A DNA stretch of 64,000 bases from Eledone cirrhosa (taxonomy: Eukaryota): NCBI GenBank assembly GCA_964016885.1, contig OZ024742.1, positions 340,008,001-340,072,000 of the forward strand, read 5' to 3'. The translations under genes were made by a program, and so were the position numbers. The notes under the pieces are model-generated. The model saw only the letters and a list, made by a program, of their open reading frames with translations. It was not told the origin of the DNA and did not search any database. Of the stretch, positions 43,763-57,992 are shown one piece after another; positions within the stretch are counted from its first letter, which is position 1, and every line of letters begins with the position of its first letter.

Positions 43763-43934
43763 GTTAATTTAATAAATATATATATATATATAACGAAGGA
43801 AATGTGGTAAGGAACCAGATGGACCATAACGCACCAAAGTACTCAATACTTAGGGTAGTAGAGTGGGTAATAGGAACGAGTAGGACCCCGACGGCTGAGC
43901 TCAATCCGTTTCGACGGCTAATTCTGGACTCGTT

Positions 43935-44005
<71 letters not shown>

Positions 44006-44114
44006 TGACAAACGTTAACAGCACGAATCAACTAATAGAAAATTATTATGTCCTTTCATTCGTTTGTCCAGTCTCCCTAAATTTCGAAATCTCAGTGGGA
44101 TGTAGCCTCATGGC

Positions 44115-44480
44115 TCTAGTTAGCAGAACTCCGAAAGGGTTATCCAGAACGATATCAAGGGAAATGGGCTGAAAGATCTAATTAAATTCACAGGGCTCTT
44201 TCTTGGTGGTTGGCAACTTAAACATGGGGAAGTTTTTAGTATTATAGATTCGATGATAAATCTATGAGAAAGTGGGCGGTCCTTCAACAACAAGAGTTCT
44301 TCAGTGTGTCGGGCAAGGGAACCTGGGTCTCACACTAAATGCACGAGTTTGCTGCTTCAAAATGAATGGCAACGTGTTGCGTCCCAGATAAGGAGCTTAC
44401 CACCACGGAACAGGAAGATTATAATGCCATTTGGTCTTTTACTACCACCTCGGCCAAACCCTGGGCAGATTCTGGTTTAA
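44115..44480 (-). mobile_element. Decayed CRE-clade LINE restriction-like endonuclease region
   Basis: Manual minus-strand translation: GGSKRPNGIIIFLFRGGKLLIWDAT...RPLSHRFIIE...EPCEFN*IFQPISL; resembles the RPDG..WDAT motif and the other CRE copies. Confidence 0.65.
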
Positions 44481-45693
44481 AGAAGCAATGGACGGCCAAA
44501 ACCATTAAGTAACATTCAATATGGCGCCTGTTTGATGTGACTTATGATTCTATCTTTGTTTTTTTGAAATATTCTCATCTTCCTTTCTTTACTTTTGGTT
44601 AGAGATCGCGAACATTTTCCCTACATATCCCACCTTGTTTATAGAGTTGTTGTTTCAGGAAAGCCAGTATAAGGAAATTTAGAAATAAGGGAGTAAAAAC
44701 GGCTGCAAAGTCAAAAGGAACATATTTTATATTTTATTATATTTCAAAGTTAAAACACCTTTTTCAAAAGTGTAAAGCTAATGAAGTGTGATGGTGTACC
44801 TATTCACAGATATGAATGTATGTATGTGTTATGTGTGAGTTCATATGTGTGTGTGTCTGCCTTCGTATGTGAGTGTGTTTGTGCGTTTGTTTGTGTGTGC
44901 GTTTGTGTATGTGTGTGTCAGTATATGAGTGTGTGTGTATGTGTGTATGTGTGTATCTGTGTATGTGTGTGTGTGTGTGTGTGCATATGTTGTGTGTGAG
45001 TGTATGTGTGTGTTTGTGTATTTGTGTGTGTATGAGTTTATGTGTGTGTGAGTGTGCGTTTGTGAGTATATGTAAGTGTGTGTGCGCATGTGTGTGTTTT
45101 TGTGCGTATTTGTGTGTGTGTGTAAGTATGTGAGTGTGTGTGCATGTTATATTTATATTAGAACACCGACAACAAAATAAATACTTTAATTCTGTTTCTA
45201 TAGCCATTTAACAAAAGCAGACGATAGGTAGAATCACTGGAGCGTCTCACAAATACCTTACATTACGGCTCTTTGCATTCTAAGTTCCATCACGTTCTTT
45301 TACACTTCTGCCAATTTGCCGCCATTTTAGAAATAGATGCTACAAAAAATTAAAAAAATAAAAACATGAACTTTCCTCAACCTCAGTCGCCATTTTCCCC
45401 AGTTCCTACTAAATACTAAATCATTATTTACGGAAGTTTTCTTCATTTCTTGTGAGTATTTGCTTGATATATTTTGATGAATTCTGATCAATTCTGTTGT
45501 ACATTTTATAGTTTTTAAGAATACTTATTTTTTATTTATTTATTGATTTAAATGTAGATTCTATTTTGTTATCTGTTATACAGAAGCATATTATGTTAAC
45601 TATATTTTACAGAAGTTATACAATGATAGAAATATTCTGTCCAGAATTAGCCGTCGAAACGGCTTGAGCTCAGCCGTCGGGGTCTCTCGTTCC

Positions 45694-45777
<84 letters not shown>

Positions 45778-46007
45778 GGGAGTGTAACTAGGAGTTACTG
45801 CAGGTTGACCCGAGTGAGCACTTGATGTTTAGGTTCACTTCTGTGTTGAGGGTTAGATATACCATTTTAAAGGGTCCGTCGAGCTGCCGATTATTGAGTC
45901 GGGTAAGATCGATACAGATCGAACCTTGAGCTGATCAGTGGCGAAACGCGCGTCACCTACCAATGAATGTAATGAAGGAGTAACCAATAGTCCTTGTTTT
46001 CCTTTCA

Positions 46008-46125
<118 letters not shown>

Positions 46126-46223
46126 TAGATAGATATGTGTAAAAAATATATATATATATATGTATGTATATATATATGTATATATATATATAGATATATA
46201 TGTGTAAAAAAAAATATGTATAT

Positions 46224-46255
<32 letters not shown>

Positions 46256-46351
46256 TAATATATATATGTATGTATATATATATTATATATATATAAAGAT
46301 AAAAAAGTGAAGAATAACATGGTTGATAGTACAAACAAGGATATTTATTTA

Positions 46352-46460
46352 CAGTCTTACAATTGTTTCCATGATAGAATTGTCTATAAATTGCTAAATA
46401 CTGGAGACAGTATGACTCAATTTTCAATACATCTAACTTCAATCATTTCATCAGAAACTA
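46352..46460 (-). ncRNA. Type I hammerhead motif with long stem II
   Basis: Minus: TAGTTT CTGATGA A ATGATTGAA...TTCTATCAT G GAAA CAATTG TA AGACTG. Confidence 0.75.
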
Positions 46461-46763
46461 TTAAGAAATATAAAATATATGCGTAACGGTAAACTTAAAC
46501 ATTCAAATTACTACATCAATAATAATAATCACACAGCACCAACGTAAACCTCTTGTTGAGTCACACAGCACCGTGCGCTTAAACTGTCCATGATAAGTAG
46601 TTTTCACAAACTCTTATCGGATTACCTTTAACGATTTATTGTTATCCTACATATATATATAGATAGATATATATGTGTAAATATATATATATATGTGTAT
46701 GTATGTATATATATTGTATATATATATGTATATATATATATATAAATATATGTGTAAAAAAAA

Positions 46764-46852
<89 letters not shown>

Positions 46853-46928
46853 CATATATATACATATATATATATAATAAAATAAATAAGTCAAATATTT
46901 TAAATTTGGCTTCGTTTATTACAGGTGT

Positions 46929-46983
46929 ACTGCTATATATATTTCGATGACAGTCATCTTTGGCTGTGACCTCTTCAGGCAGT
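46929..46983 (-). ncRNA. Type I hammerhead motif
   Basis: Minus: ACTGC CTGAAGA GGTCACAG CCAAAGATGA CTGTCATC GAAA TATATA TA GCAGT; 5-bp stem I, palindromic ATATATAT. Confidence 0.8.
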
Positions 46984-47594
46984 CCGAATTGGTGTGGTAG
47001 AGACGGGTACATATGTTGTTGAGGTGTTTAACTCCGTCAATACTCCGATATGCCCAGTTCCTGGTTGGGTTGTTATTTCTCTGAGGAACTGGAAACAAAC
47101 CAACCTGCGTACTTCGTCCAGTGCTCCAATCTGTATATTCAGGTGTCGGTAAACAACCAACATATACTCAATATATATATAGTTATTTATTTACTTATTT
47201 ATTATTTATTTATTTATACACTTATTTATTTATTTATTTATTTATTTTTTAATTCCAGAAATAAAATCTAAAAAGATGTAAAATTAATTATTTCTCAGAT
47301 GAAGATATATTAGATTGCATTTTGTTCCCAGGTTTTAATCTTTCTGGCATAAATTTCTTCACCCTCGTCCTCTTCTTTGTTTCATCTCACCCCGCCTTCT
47401 CTTTTTTCTTCTCCTTCTCTTTCTCCTTTTCCTCTTCTATGATTGATATATTTCATTTCACACGATTCGGTCGGAGATTCGTTTTTTTTTTTTTTTTAAA
47501 TCCTATTGTAACATACATATCTTTCTGATTTGAATAATCTAAATATTACTTTTATATCCGGATCGCGTCTCCGAATCAGTATAGAAGGTTGTAC

Positions 47595-47862
47595 ATTTAC
47601 TTAGCGTTTACTTGGCGTTTACTTAACGTTTATTTAGTGTATATTTAGCGTTTATTTAGCGTTTACTTGGCGTTTATTTAGCGTTTATTTAGTGTTTATT
47701 TAGCGTTTATTTAGCGTTTACTTAGCGTTTACTTAGCGTTTACTTAGCGTTTATTTAGTTTTTATTCAGCGTTTATTTAGTGTTTACTTAGCGTTTATTT
47801 AGCGTTTATTTAGCGTTTCTTGTCGTTTAGTTAGCGTTTATTTAGCGTTTATTTAACATTTA
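47595..47862. repeat. 11-bp minisatellite TTTA(C/T)TTAGCG
   Basis: About 24 tandem copies. Confidence 0.9.
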
Positions 47863-48253
47863 TTTAAGTATTACATTGGCAAAAACTGATGAGATGTTAA
47901 TACGTCTGAAACTTTCATGGAGTTGTCTCTCGTATGTGCTGAAAAATATAGATAATATTAGTTATTATTTAATATTGTCTTTTTTCTTTCTTGTCGCATA
48001 CTTATTTGTAGAAAACTATTCTTCTATTCTTTTACTTGCTACATTCATTAGACTGCGGCCAGCTGGGGCATCTCTGTGAACCTACGTCAACGGAGTTTGT
48101 CGGTCATATCAAGCCATGTACTTGTTGTTTCAAGTCTGGGATATATTTTATCGATTTTTTTTTTGTTGAACTACTAAATTACGGGACATAAATAAACTAA
48201 TGATATAAACAGGCATAGAAAGAAAAACAAACACACTTATATATAGCTAGATA

Positions 48254-48603
48254 CAAGGGTTGTTGAATAGTTCATAGGCTGTCCAAGATACTCTCATTGA
48301 ATGACCAAATGAGGTTTATTTCTCAGCATAGTCCCTGGAAAGAAACAATGCAGTTATTAATAAGAAGAGTTGAAATTAATTTATGCAAGATTTCACAGCT
48401 AACATCACATCTTTATAGTCAGAATATGACCAAGATACTGTCATGGAATGACGAAATGGAGTTTATTTTTCAACACAATCCCCTGTCGTGGAAAGAAACA
48501 GTGCAGTTATTAATAAGAAGAGTTGAAATTAATTTATGCAAGATTTCACAGCTCTAGCATCTCTTCTTCATAGTCAGCCTATGAACCTGTCAGCTGACCC
48601 TCG
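48254..48603. mobile_element. Mariner-type MITE with internal ~145-bp direct duplication
   Basis: TA-CAAGGG...GTTCATAGGCTG ... CAGCCTATGAAC...CCCTCG-TA. Confidence 0.75.
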
Positions 48604-48767
48604 TAACTTGGTGAAGTTTATACACATCTTCATAATATTGACTCATGTTAAATATCTTTAGGGTAAACAACGTATTGTTAATTGCAGAGTATTGTAGAAT
48701 TAGATTTATTCATACATTTACAATATAATAGATACCAAGCTATCTATCTATGTATCTATCTATATAG

Positions 48768-49266
48768 CCATGGCGAAAGAGGTTGTATGGTGTACGCGTC
48801 TGAAAGGACTGCGGTCAGACACCTTTCTCTCTGGCCAACAACTGGTCCGTTTCTTCCGATATCATTTCGGAAGAAGGATCAGGATGGAGAGAGAGGTGCT
48901 GCACCCCAGACTTTTTTATGAAAGATGGGTGAAAGTGGCGAGAATGGCCCGTATGAATGGGCCTTCACTCTACATCAGACTATAGGTGAGGAAGATGAAA
49001 GATCAAGGGAGCACCCCCCTCTCTGTGCTCCTGAGGAGAAGGGTTGCACACTTTTATTCGGGTGTGTGTGCGACCCCCCCCCCCCCCCCCCCACAAGGCG
49101 CCTCCTCCCTATTGAGGATTTTGTTATTAAATTTATTTTTGTTATATTTTATTTTATTTTTATATCTTGTTATTGCCTCCTCCTTATTGAAGACGCCTTT
49201 TTATGTAAACTTCCCCCATTGTACTTGTCCCACTTTTTGATGCCCTGGTGGCAAATAAAAAGAAAG
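48768..49266 (+). mobile_element. L1/Tx1-clade LINE 3' end (ORF2 C-terminus + 3'UTR) in (TATC)n
   Basis: MAKEVVWCTR...RIRMERE...FYERW pattern, then AATAAA near 49254; (TATC)n on both sides. Confidence 0.65.
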
Positions 49267-49322
49267 TTATCTATCTATCTATCTATCTATCTCTATCATC
49301 TATCTATCAATCTATCTACCTG

Positions 49323-49446
<124 letters not shown>

Positions 49447-49455
49447 TATATGATG

Positions 49456-49506
49456 GGCTTCCTGATGATTTCTCCCGAATGAAACAGTTCTAGTCCTGTA
49501 GAAGCC
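49456..49506 (+). ncRNA. Type I hammerhead motif, family A (best copy; element 49451-49590)
   Basis: GGCTTC CTGATGA T TTC TCCC GAA T GAAA CAG TTCTAGTC CTG TA GAAGCC; predicted cut after 49500. Confidence 0.85.
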
Positions 49507-49870
49507 ATTTCTATATTAAATGTTTATACTCTGCTATGTATTGAGCACATTACTTTCTGTAGTTACCCCCGATTGAGCCCGGGATAAACATATATATATA
49601 TTTGAAAAAAGGAAAAGAATGACTTCACTTGTAATATTATAATATAAAATTAAATCAAATTGATTAGAACTACAAGTGAAGTCATTTTTTTCCTTTTTTC
49701 AAATATACCTAACTGTAACAAGGATCTCACACATTTTCCTATAGATGCTCGAGTGGGCAATGGTGCCCAGACCCTGATTTGTAAGACTTCGCCAGGTGAT
49801 GCTATTAAGTTAGACATGGCCTGGGCCAATACTGGCCGAAACCTATCAAAGTTATCAAAGTTATATATAA

Positions 49871-49945
<75 letters not shown>

Positions 49946-50452
49946 CATACATATACTCTCCTTGTTAAGAACACGCAAACACAGAATCACGTAGGCACAC
50001 ATTATATGGGAAAACTCTTGTTTTCTATTTCTGCACCAAATTACCTTTTGGTTGCCTATGTTACTTAAAAAGAGTAACGGCTGAATAGTCAAAGTTATTT
50101 GTCTAGCGGTCTGGGGTCAAAGTTTCATTAATATGGGCTGGGGGAGGCGGTCTGTTTAAGCAATGGTTTGGCGGTAGTTGGTTCATTATGAAAGACTGCG
50201 ATAGTATGCAAATATTTTGCTAGTGTGGGAGCCTTGCGATGGTAGATTACGATTAAGATGGCGGCTTGATATTAAAGATGTGACGGTTTGTTCATTTGAT
50301 AAAATTTACCTGCATAGTATTTTACCTGTTAATCAAAGTACTTTGATATTTTTGCGCCTTCCTGGGTTTCGATTTCAACAGTTAGTTTGTTTAATTTCCT
50401 TGTGTGTTTGTTTTTCTTCCATATATCATACATACATACGCATATATATATA

Positions 50453-50521
<69 letters not shown>

Positions 50522-50530
50522 ATATATATA

Positions 50531-50609
<79 letters not shown>

Positions 50610-51116
50610 TTATATATATATATATATAAATATATATATATACATATTATATATGTGCATATATATATACATAATTACATACATGTGTAGGTAAAAGAAA
50701 ATATTTCCGCATGATGTGACCTTCTGAAGTGGCGGCCATGTTAATTCTTCAAAGGTCAACCAAAATCTATAAACTGTTGTTGTTGTTATTGTTCGCACTC
50801 TCCTCTACGCAACAGCTGTAAACACTTTACTGTGTTTATTTAAGTATGACGGTATATATTCGCTTGTTTAAACTAAAATAACATTCTCTATAGTTGTCGA
50901 GCAAGCGGCTCATAACCCTTCCCCTTACAATCCCAAATTGTTTTAATTCCTCCCACATATTCAATTGTTATATAGTAATTTCGCACCCAATCACCATATT
51001 AACATGAGCAAGCTTTTCAAACCTCAATAATTGTACAGTTCAGTAGCTCTTAGATACCCTGTCACATTGCATCTCTTGCAAATCCAGGTTTCCCCAGTTT
51101 CTCCCTTATGTTGAAT

Positions 51117-51620
51117 CTTCTTCTTCTTCTTCTTCTTCTTCTTCTTCTTCTTCTTCTTCTTCTTCTTCTTCTTCTTCTTCTTCTTCTTCTTCTTCTTCTT
51201 CTTCTTCTTCTTCTTCTTCTTCTTCTTGGCCCACTTATTCCTGAGAGGATCGTGGGGGCAGAGTCCTCAAACACTCTTGTTAGAAGCAACCCTCCCCAAC
51301 TGATCTGGCTGGATCCCCAAGTGAGACCAGCCAAACTAAGGGATGATATGCAACCATCTTGTATGTGGTCTACCTCTGTGTCTCCTGCCGGTTGGTTTTG
51401 CCCGGAAAAACTGTCCAGCGATTCTTTCGTGAGACAGTTTAACCACATGCCCATAGTATTGGAGCTGTGATCTCTTAATTTGGTGAAGTAGCGGCTCTAT
51501 GTGGAGTAACTCTCTGATCGTCGAGCTACGCACTCTATCAAGTAACCTTACTCGAAAGACCCTTCGAAGGAACTTTCAGCCACTTGTATTCATGATCGTT
51601 TTCAAGATTCATGATCATAG
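51117..51620 (-). mobile_element. RTE-clade LINE 3' end with (AAG)n tail
   Basis: IEPLLHQIKRSQLQYYGHVVKLSHERI...PTGRRHRGRPHTRW; tail 51117-51226. Confidence 0.8.
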
Positions 51621-52017
51621 GTAAAGGTTGGCAGTGTATATATGTATATATCTAAGTCTAAAGTCTGTCTCGATCTCAGAAGCTCACCAGGCTGATGCTT
51701 ATCCCGGTTTCAGTATCATGAAACGACTGAGAGTACAACACTCACACACACTGAACAGGGCGCCAGTCCATCGCAGGCTTAAATTACCAGCTTCTATTGG
51801 GACTCATTTTTAGCTGAGTATACTGGAGCAACGTGAAATGAAGTGTTTTCATCAAGCACACAAAACACAACCCAGTCCAGGAATCGAACACACAACGTTA
51901 TGATTAAGTTCAACACATTCACAAACAGGCCACAAGCCTCGGTATATATGTATACAAACGATGTATATGATATTGTTATATTTGGGGTGGGTCATGTTGT
52001 CCTAATATTGCCCAAAA

Positions 52018-52181
52018 TAATAATTGTTTCTACTTTTGGCACAAGGCCAGCAAATACTCAGTGCATTACTGGTACTCTATTTTATCGACCCCGTAAGGAT
52101 AAAAAGCAAAGTTAACCTCGGCGGGAGTTGAACTCAGATCATACAGGGAGGTAACTCTATGCTTCAATGCATGGCGTCCGA
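52018..52181 (-). mobile_element. OR2-like SINE
   Basis: Reverse complement of consensus. Confidence 0.8.
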
Positions 52182-52395
52182 CATGGTTTTCGCTTCACTA
52201 TATATTTATATTTTTATAAATAATTATAAATTCATAAATATAAATATAGATGTGAATTTCTCAAAGATATTATATTTATATTTTTATATTTTTAAGTGTT
52301 GGACAATCAATGATAAACATTGATTTTCAGCTGAATTATGTGTATATATACGATGTATAATAGTTATTCTATTTCTAATTGCAGCTACACCCGAG

Positions 52396-53372
52396 ATGAC
52401 CAGCAAACCCCATTGTGTTGGAACGATTATTGATAAGGAGATACAACGGCCAGTCAGTGCCGATGGACAACAATCGCAGTATCTTCAGTCTTTGAGTCAT
52501 TCTCATCATTTACCACATCAGTCGAGTATCATAAGCAACAACAACAACAACACTGCTGGTATTATCACCAGTAGTAACAGTAGTAGTAGTAGCAATAGTA
52601 ATAGTAGTAATAGTAATAGCGGCAACAACAATAATAACCACCATTCAATTAGTGTCAGTAGTAGTAGTACGAGTGGCAATAACAACAACACCAACGGCAG
52701 CAGCAACAATATCAGTATTAACAGTCACCAACACCACCTCCACAACAACAACAACAACAACAGCAGCAATAGCGGCCATATTGTAAGCCCCATCCGTAGC
52801 ATTGTCGGCGGTGGCGTGGGTGGTGGCAGTGGAGGTGGTAGTGGCAGCAGCAACAACAACAACAACAACAACAACAATAGCAGCAGCAACAACAGCAGCA
52901 ACAGCAACAACAAAGCGCACAGCAATCTTCATCTTCACCCACATCCACATCACCACCACCATCACCACCATCATCACCATTTCAACAACAGCAACAGCAA
53001 CAGCAGCAACAGCAGCAGCAACAGCAATAGCAGCAGCAGTGGCGTCATCAACAACAATACTACCAACAATAGTAGTAACAGCAGCAACAACAACAGTAAC
53101 AACCTAAACAACACGCTGGCAGCCATTAGCACAACAGTAACCAATGGTTCTAACAACACCAGCAGTATCAACAATGGCAACAATGGCAACAATAACAACA
53201 ATAACAACAATAGCAGCATAAATAATGGTAAAGTGAGTCCCAAAGACTATGTACTGACACATCAGAACCAGATTGGCAATGTCGTTCTGGCAGGAGTTCC
53301 TATCGTCTCACTCTTTATAGACTCAAAAGAACGCCTGTGTTTAGCACAGATTTCAAACACTCTTCTTAACAA
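52396..53372 (+). CDS. SKOR: SKI family transcriptional corepressor (SKOR/CORL/Fussel), first visible coding exon: N/S/H low-complexity N-terminus + start of Ski/Sno (DHD) domain
   Basis: GVPIVSLFIDSKERLCLAQISNTLL; acceptor TTGCAG at 52379-52384; donor AA|GTAGGT at 53373 (phase 2). Confidence 0.93.
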
Positions 53373-53645
53373 GTAGGTGGTTCTTCTTCTTCTTCTTCTT
53401 CTTCTTCTTCTTCTTCTTCTTCTTCTTCTTCTTCTTCTTCTTCTTCTTCTTCTTCTTCTTCTTCTTCTTCTTCTTCTTCTTCTTCTTCTTCTTCTTCTTC
53501 TTCCTACTCCTCCTCACCCCCTTCTATTTATTACAGGGTCATCAGACAAAAACTCACCATTTAGCCTTAATAAAGGAATATTAAACTTCTACTTCGGTAT
53601 TGAATACTCTTTTCTCTCAGCCGTCAACCACATACGGATATATAC

Positions 53646-53732
<87 letters not shown>

Positions 53733-53745
53733 TATATATATATAA

Positions 53746-53855
<110 letters not shown>

Positions 53856-53901
53856 TAGCCGTCGAAACGGCTTGAGCTCAGCTGTCGGGGTCTTACTGGT
53901 T

Positions 53902-53954
<53 letters not shown>

Positions 53955-54086
53955 ATGTGTGTGTGTATGTGTGTGTGTACAGCATATTCGAAGCCATAGC
54001 CTCAGCCAAGCCGACGAATGCTTTCAGCAGTGCAGCCAAGCACTCTATATGTATATATATATATATGTGTGTGTGTGTGTATATAC

Positions 54087-54175
<89 letters not shown>

Positions 54176-54745
54176 GGGGGGATTACATTGTCTGATGTGT
54201 CCCTTTTTTATTTGCTGTATCTAGCAAGTTGAACTAACACATTGAGATTTCCTTGTTAACTCTTAGCTGGAGTCACATTATATTATTTAACCCCACCCTG
54301 GGGTCTCACGAAAACCGAGCAGACATATAATTAATGGCGTGCAAACCATCGCTATCGCGTATTTTATTAAATCGGTCTATCTAAAAAACATTATTTAACG
54401 TGTCTTACATATTTTAAAGGGTGTGATTCGAGGCAGAATTTCTGCTATTTCTAGAAGATAGAGAGGTTCGTTTGTTGGTCTCCAGTTAAGTGAAAGAGAG
54501 GGGTTATTGGTGGTGTTGGTGGTTAATGTAGGGAGCAGTCGTTCGAGGTATGGCGGGGAAAAGGACAAACAGGGGAAAGTATAAACAGTGAGAGAAATTA
54601 GGAGAAAGTTATTTCAGCTATTTATGTAGAGCTTAAAATATATTGCTTAAAATAACGTACAATAACATAAATAACAATAAGAATACGAATGAGTGTGTGT
54701 GTGTATGCGTGTGTACATGTGTGCGTGTGTACGTGTATATGGGTG

Positions 54746-54809
<64 letters not shown>

Positions 54810-54844
54810 AGGGAGAGAGAGAGAGAGAGAGAGAGGGAGGGAGG

Positions 54845-54880
<36 letters not shown>

Positions 54881-55055
54881 GAGTCAAATAAGGAAAGTAA
54901 GAAAATCATTTACACGTACACAAGCACGCATACACACATACGCACATACACACACGCATCCACACATATGTAGAGATAGATAGATATTTGCAGACACTGT
55001 GACAATCAGACGTACGCATACACAAATACACAAATATCAACACACACACACACAC

Positions 55056-55103
<48 letters not shown>

Positions 55104-55189
55104 GAGGTTTTATTTAATTTGTTGGGATTCAACAAGCTTAAACATTTTTATAACTGATATAAAGCACTCAACATCTGAGTGGAGTAAAT

Positions 55190-55510
55190 ATACAATATAT
55201 TAATAAATGGAAACTATATTTATATAACCATATTTATTTTATTATACATATTTCAAGGGCCACCAAGGCAAATTATGGTGCGCTTTCATCAGATAAAATA
55301 CAGATTTGTTTTATAAATAAATATTGACATACCCGGAAGCTCCAACCGTTAATGTTGTCTTTTTTTCCGGGTATGTCAATATTTATTTATAAAACAAATC
55401 TGTATTTTATATGATGAAAGCGCACCATAATTTGCCTTGGTGGCCCTTGAAATATGTATAATAAAATAAATATGGTTATATAAATATAGTTTCCATTTAT
55501 TAATATATTG

Positions 55511-55512
<2 letters not shown>
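55190..55512. repeat. Intronic inverted repeat, ~145-bp arms, family D HHR element
   Basis: Arms meet at CCCGGAAG...TTCCGGG; homologous to 61170-61443 and 43285-43452. Confidence 0.9.
55235..55300 (-). ncRNA. Type I hammerhead motif, family D (sense mirror copy 55403-55468 has C3>A)
   Basis: Minus: TATTTTAT CTGATGA AAGCGCACCA...TGGTGGCCCTT GAAA TATGTA TA ATAAAATA; 8-bp stem I. Confidence 0.8.
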
Positions 55513-55551
<39 letters not shown>

Positions 55552-55754
55552 ATTATTGATAGTGAAACAAACAAACCCAGGGATATAAAAATACAGTTAT
55601 ATTAGGTTCACAGAAAGAGAGGGAGAGAGGGGGGGGGGGTAATACTTACAAATGTGTAAATATACATATCTATAAATACACATAGGTACATACGTATGTA
55701 TACAGATAATGACTAGAGGGGGCACTAGCAAGAGGGAAATGGCTATGATGGTGA

Positions 55755-56385
55755 GGAGGGAGCACTGGCTGGTAGGTAGGTAGGAGGGGAGTAGTGGCTG
55801 GTAGGTGGGTAGGTAGGTAGATAGGTAGGAGGGGAGCAGTGGCTGGTGGGTAGGTAGGTGGGTAGGTAGGTGGGTAGGTAGGTAGGTAGATAGGTAGGAG
55901 GGGAGCACTGGCTGGTAGGTAGGTAGGAGGGGAGCAGTGGCTTGTGGGTAGGTAGGTAGATAGGTAGGAGGGGAGCAGTGGCTGGTGGATAGGTAGGTGG
56001 GTAGGTAGGTAGGTAGGTAGATAGGTAGGAGGGGAGCAGTGGCTTGTGGGTAGTTAGATAGGTAGGAGGGGAGCAGTGGCTGGTGGGTAGGTAGGTGGGT
56101 AGGTAGGTGGGTAGGTAGGTAGGTAGATAGGTAGGAGGGGAGCACTGGCTGGTAGGTAGGTAGGAGGGGAGCAGTGGCTTGTGGGTAGGTAGGTAGATAG
56201 GTAGGAGGGGAGCAGTGGCTGGTGGGTAGGTAGGTGGGTAGGTAGGTAGGTAGATAGGTAGGAGGGGAGCAGTGGCTTGTGGGTAGGTAGATAGGTAGGA
56301 GGGGAGCAGTGGCTGGTGGGTAGGTAGGTGGGTAGGTAGGTAGGTAGATAGGTAGGAGGGGAGCAGTGGCTGGTGGGTAGGTAGT
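55755..56385. repeat. G-rich minisatellite (GTAG)n-GAGGGGAGCAGTGGCT in SKOR intron
   Basis: About 14 copies of GGAGGGGAGCA(G/C)TGGCT. Confidence 0.9.
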
Positions 56386-56543
56386 GGGGTGGAGGAGAGT
56401 CATAAGTGATAAGTAATTGAAAAAAACGTAAGAGGGAGATATATTAGAATCTATTTAAGTTATTAAAGAAGGGTGAAGTGTGTAGAAGGAAGGTTGAAGT
56501 GTGGAGTGTGTCAAAGGGTGGTAAGGACGTAAATAGAATTATA

Positions 56544-56939
56544 TAAGTTACTAGCATTTTGATAACCCCAGTAACCCCAGTGGCTTTCAGGAGGCGAATA
56601 ATTGCAAAGGAGAAATCTGAAGAATTATATAAATAAAACAGTAAAGTTTCACAGAAATAGCCACTAAAAGCAATAAGGTAATATAATTGTTTCTACTTTT
56701 GGCACAAGACCAGCAAATACCCAGTACATTACCGATAAAATAAAGTACCAGTAATGTACTGGTGAATTGTTGGTCTTGTGCCAAAAGTAGAATCAATTAT
56801 ATTACCTTATTGCTTTTAGTGGCTATTTCTGTGAAACTTTACTGTTTTATTTATATAATTCTTCAGATTTCTCCTTTTCAATTAATCGTCTCCTGAAAGC
56901 CACTGGGGCCACTGGGGTTATCAAAATGCTAGTAACTTA
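56544..56939. repeat. Intronic inverted duplication (~190-bp arms) centred on two SINE 3' tails
   Basis: TAAGTTACTAGCATTTTGATAACCCCAGT... vs ...ACTGGGGTTATCAAAATGCTAGTAACTTA. Confidence 0.9.
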
Positions 56940-57079
56940 AGGTATAATAATGGCGATAAGAATAGATTCATCTTTTCATCCATAAGGGTTGGGGTTGTTG
57001 TATAGATTGAGAGAAGAACCAATCAATGTGTGTAGGTATTTATATATTTTACATATTATCTATGTTTGTTTGTATTTAT

Positions 57080-57116
<37 letters not shown>

Positions 57117-57169
57117 AGTGTGTATAGTACATACGTATGTATACAGATATTTGTATATATATATATGTA

Positions 57170-57210
<41 letters not shown>

Positions 57211-57744
57211 GTGTACTATATATATATATATATATACACATATATATATATATTTATATATACATATATATATATATATATATAATCGTGTGTGTGTGTG
57301 TGCATATATGTGTGTGTGTGTAGATATATGTGCTGAGGGGAATGAGTTCACTGTCCATTTGAGAATTCATTTATCTGCATACGGGTATGGTGGGGGTTCG
57401 CTCAAGGCCTTGGTCTGCAAGGAGCCAGTTTTATGTGATTGCATAAATGTGTTTGTGTGTATATGTGTATATGTAAGTAATTAGGTAGGCAGGTTTGTAC
57501 ATATGTTTGTTTATATGTGTATGTGCGTGAAGATGGATGTGTGTGAGTACATGTATGCAGATAGCTAGCTACACATACATGCACATAAATGCACACGTAA
57601 ACTGACACCCACCTAACACACACACACTCTCTCACACACGCACACACATATATATATATTCATGTTTATTACATATATGAACACACAGATATATACGCAC
57701 ACATACACACATAAACTCATATATATGTGTCATGTATGTGTGCT

Positions 57745-57779
<35 letters not shown>

Positions 57780-57804
57780 ATTTATGTATTTATATGTATA
57801 TATC

Positions 57805-57992
<188 letters not shown>

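Noticed and set aside
47595-47862. Interstitial telomeric repeat
   Set aside because: Unit is 11 bp with TTAGCG, not (TTAGGG)n
56617-56623. CTGAAGA in the intronic palindrome
   Set aside because: No stem II/GAAA/stem I partners found
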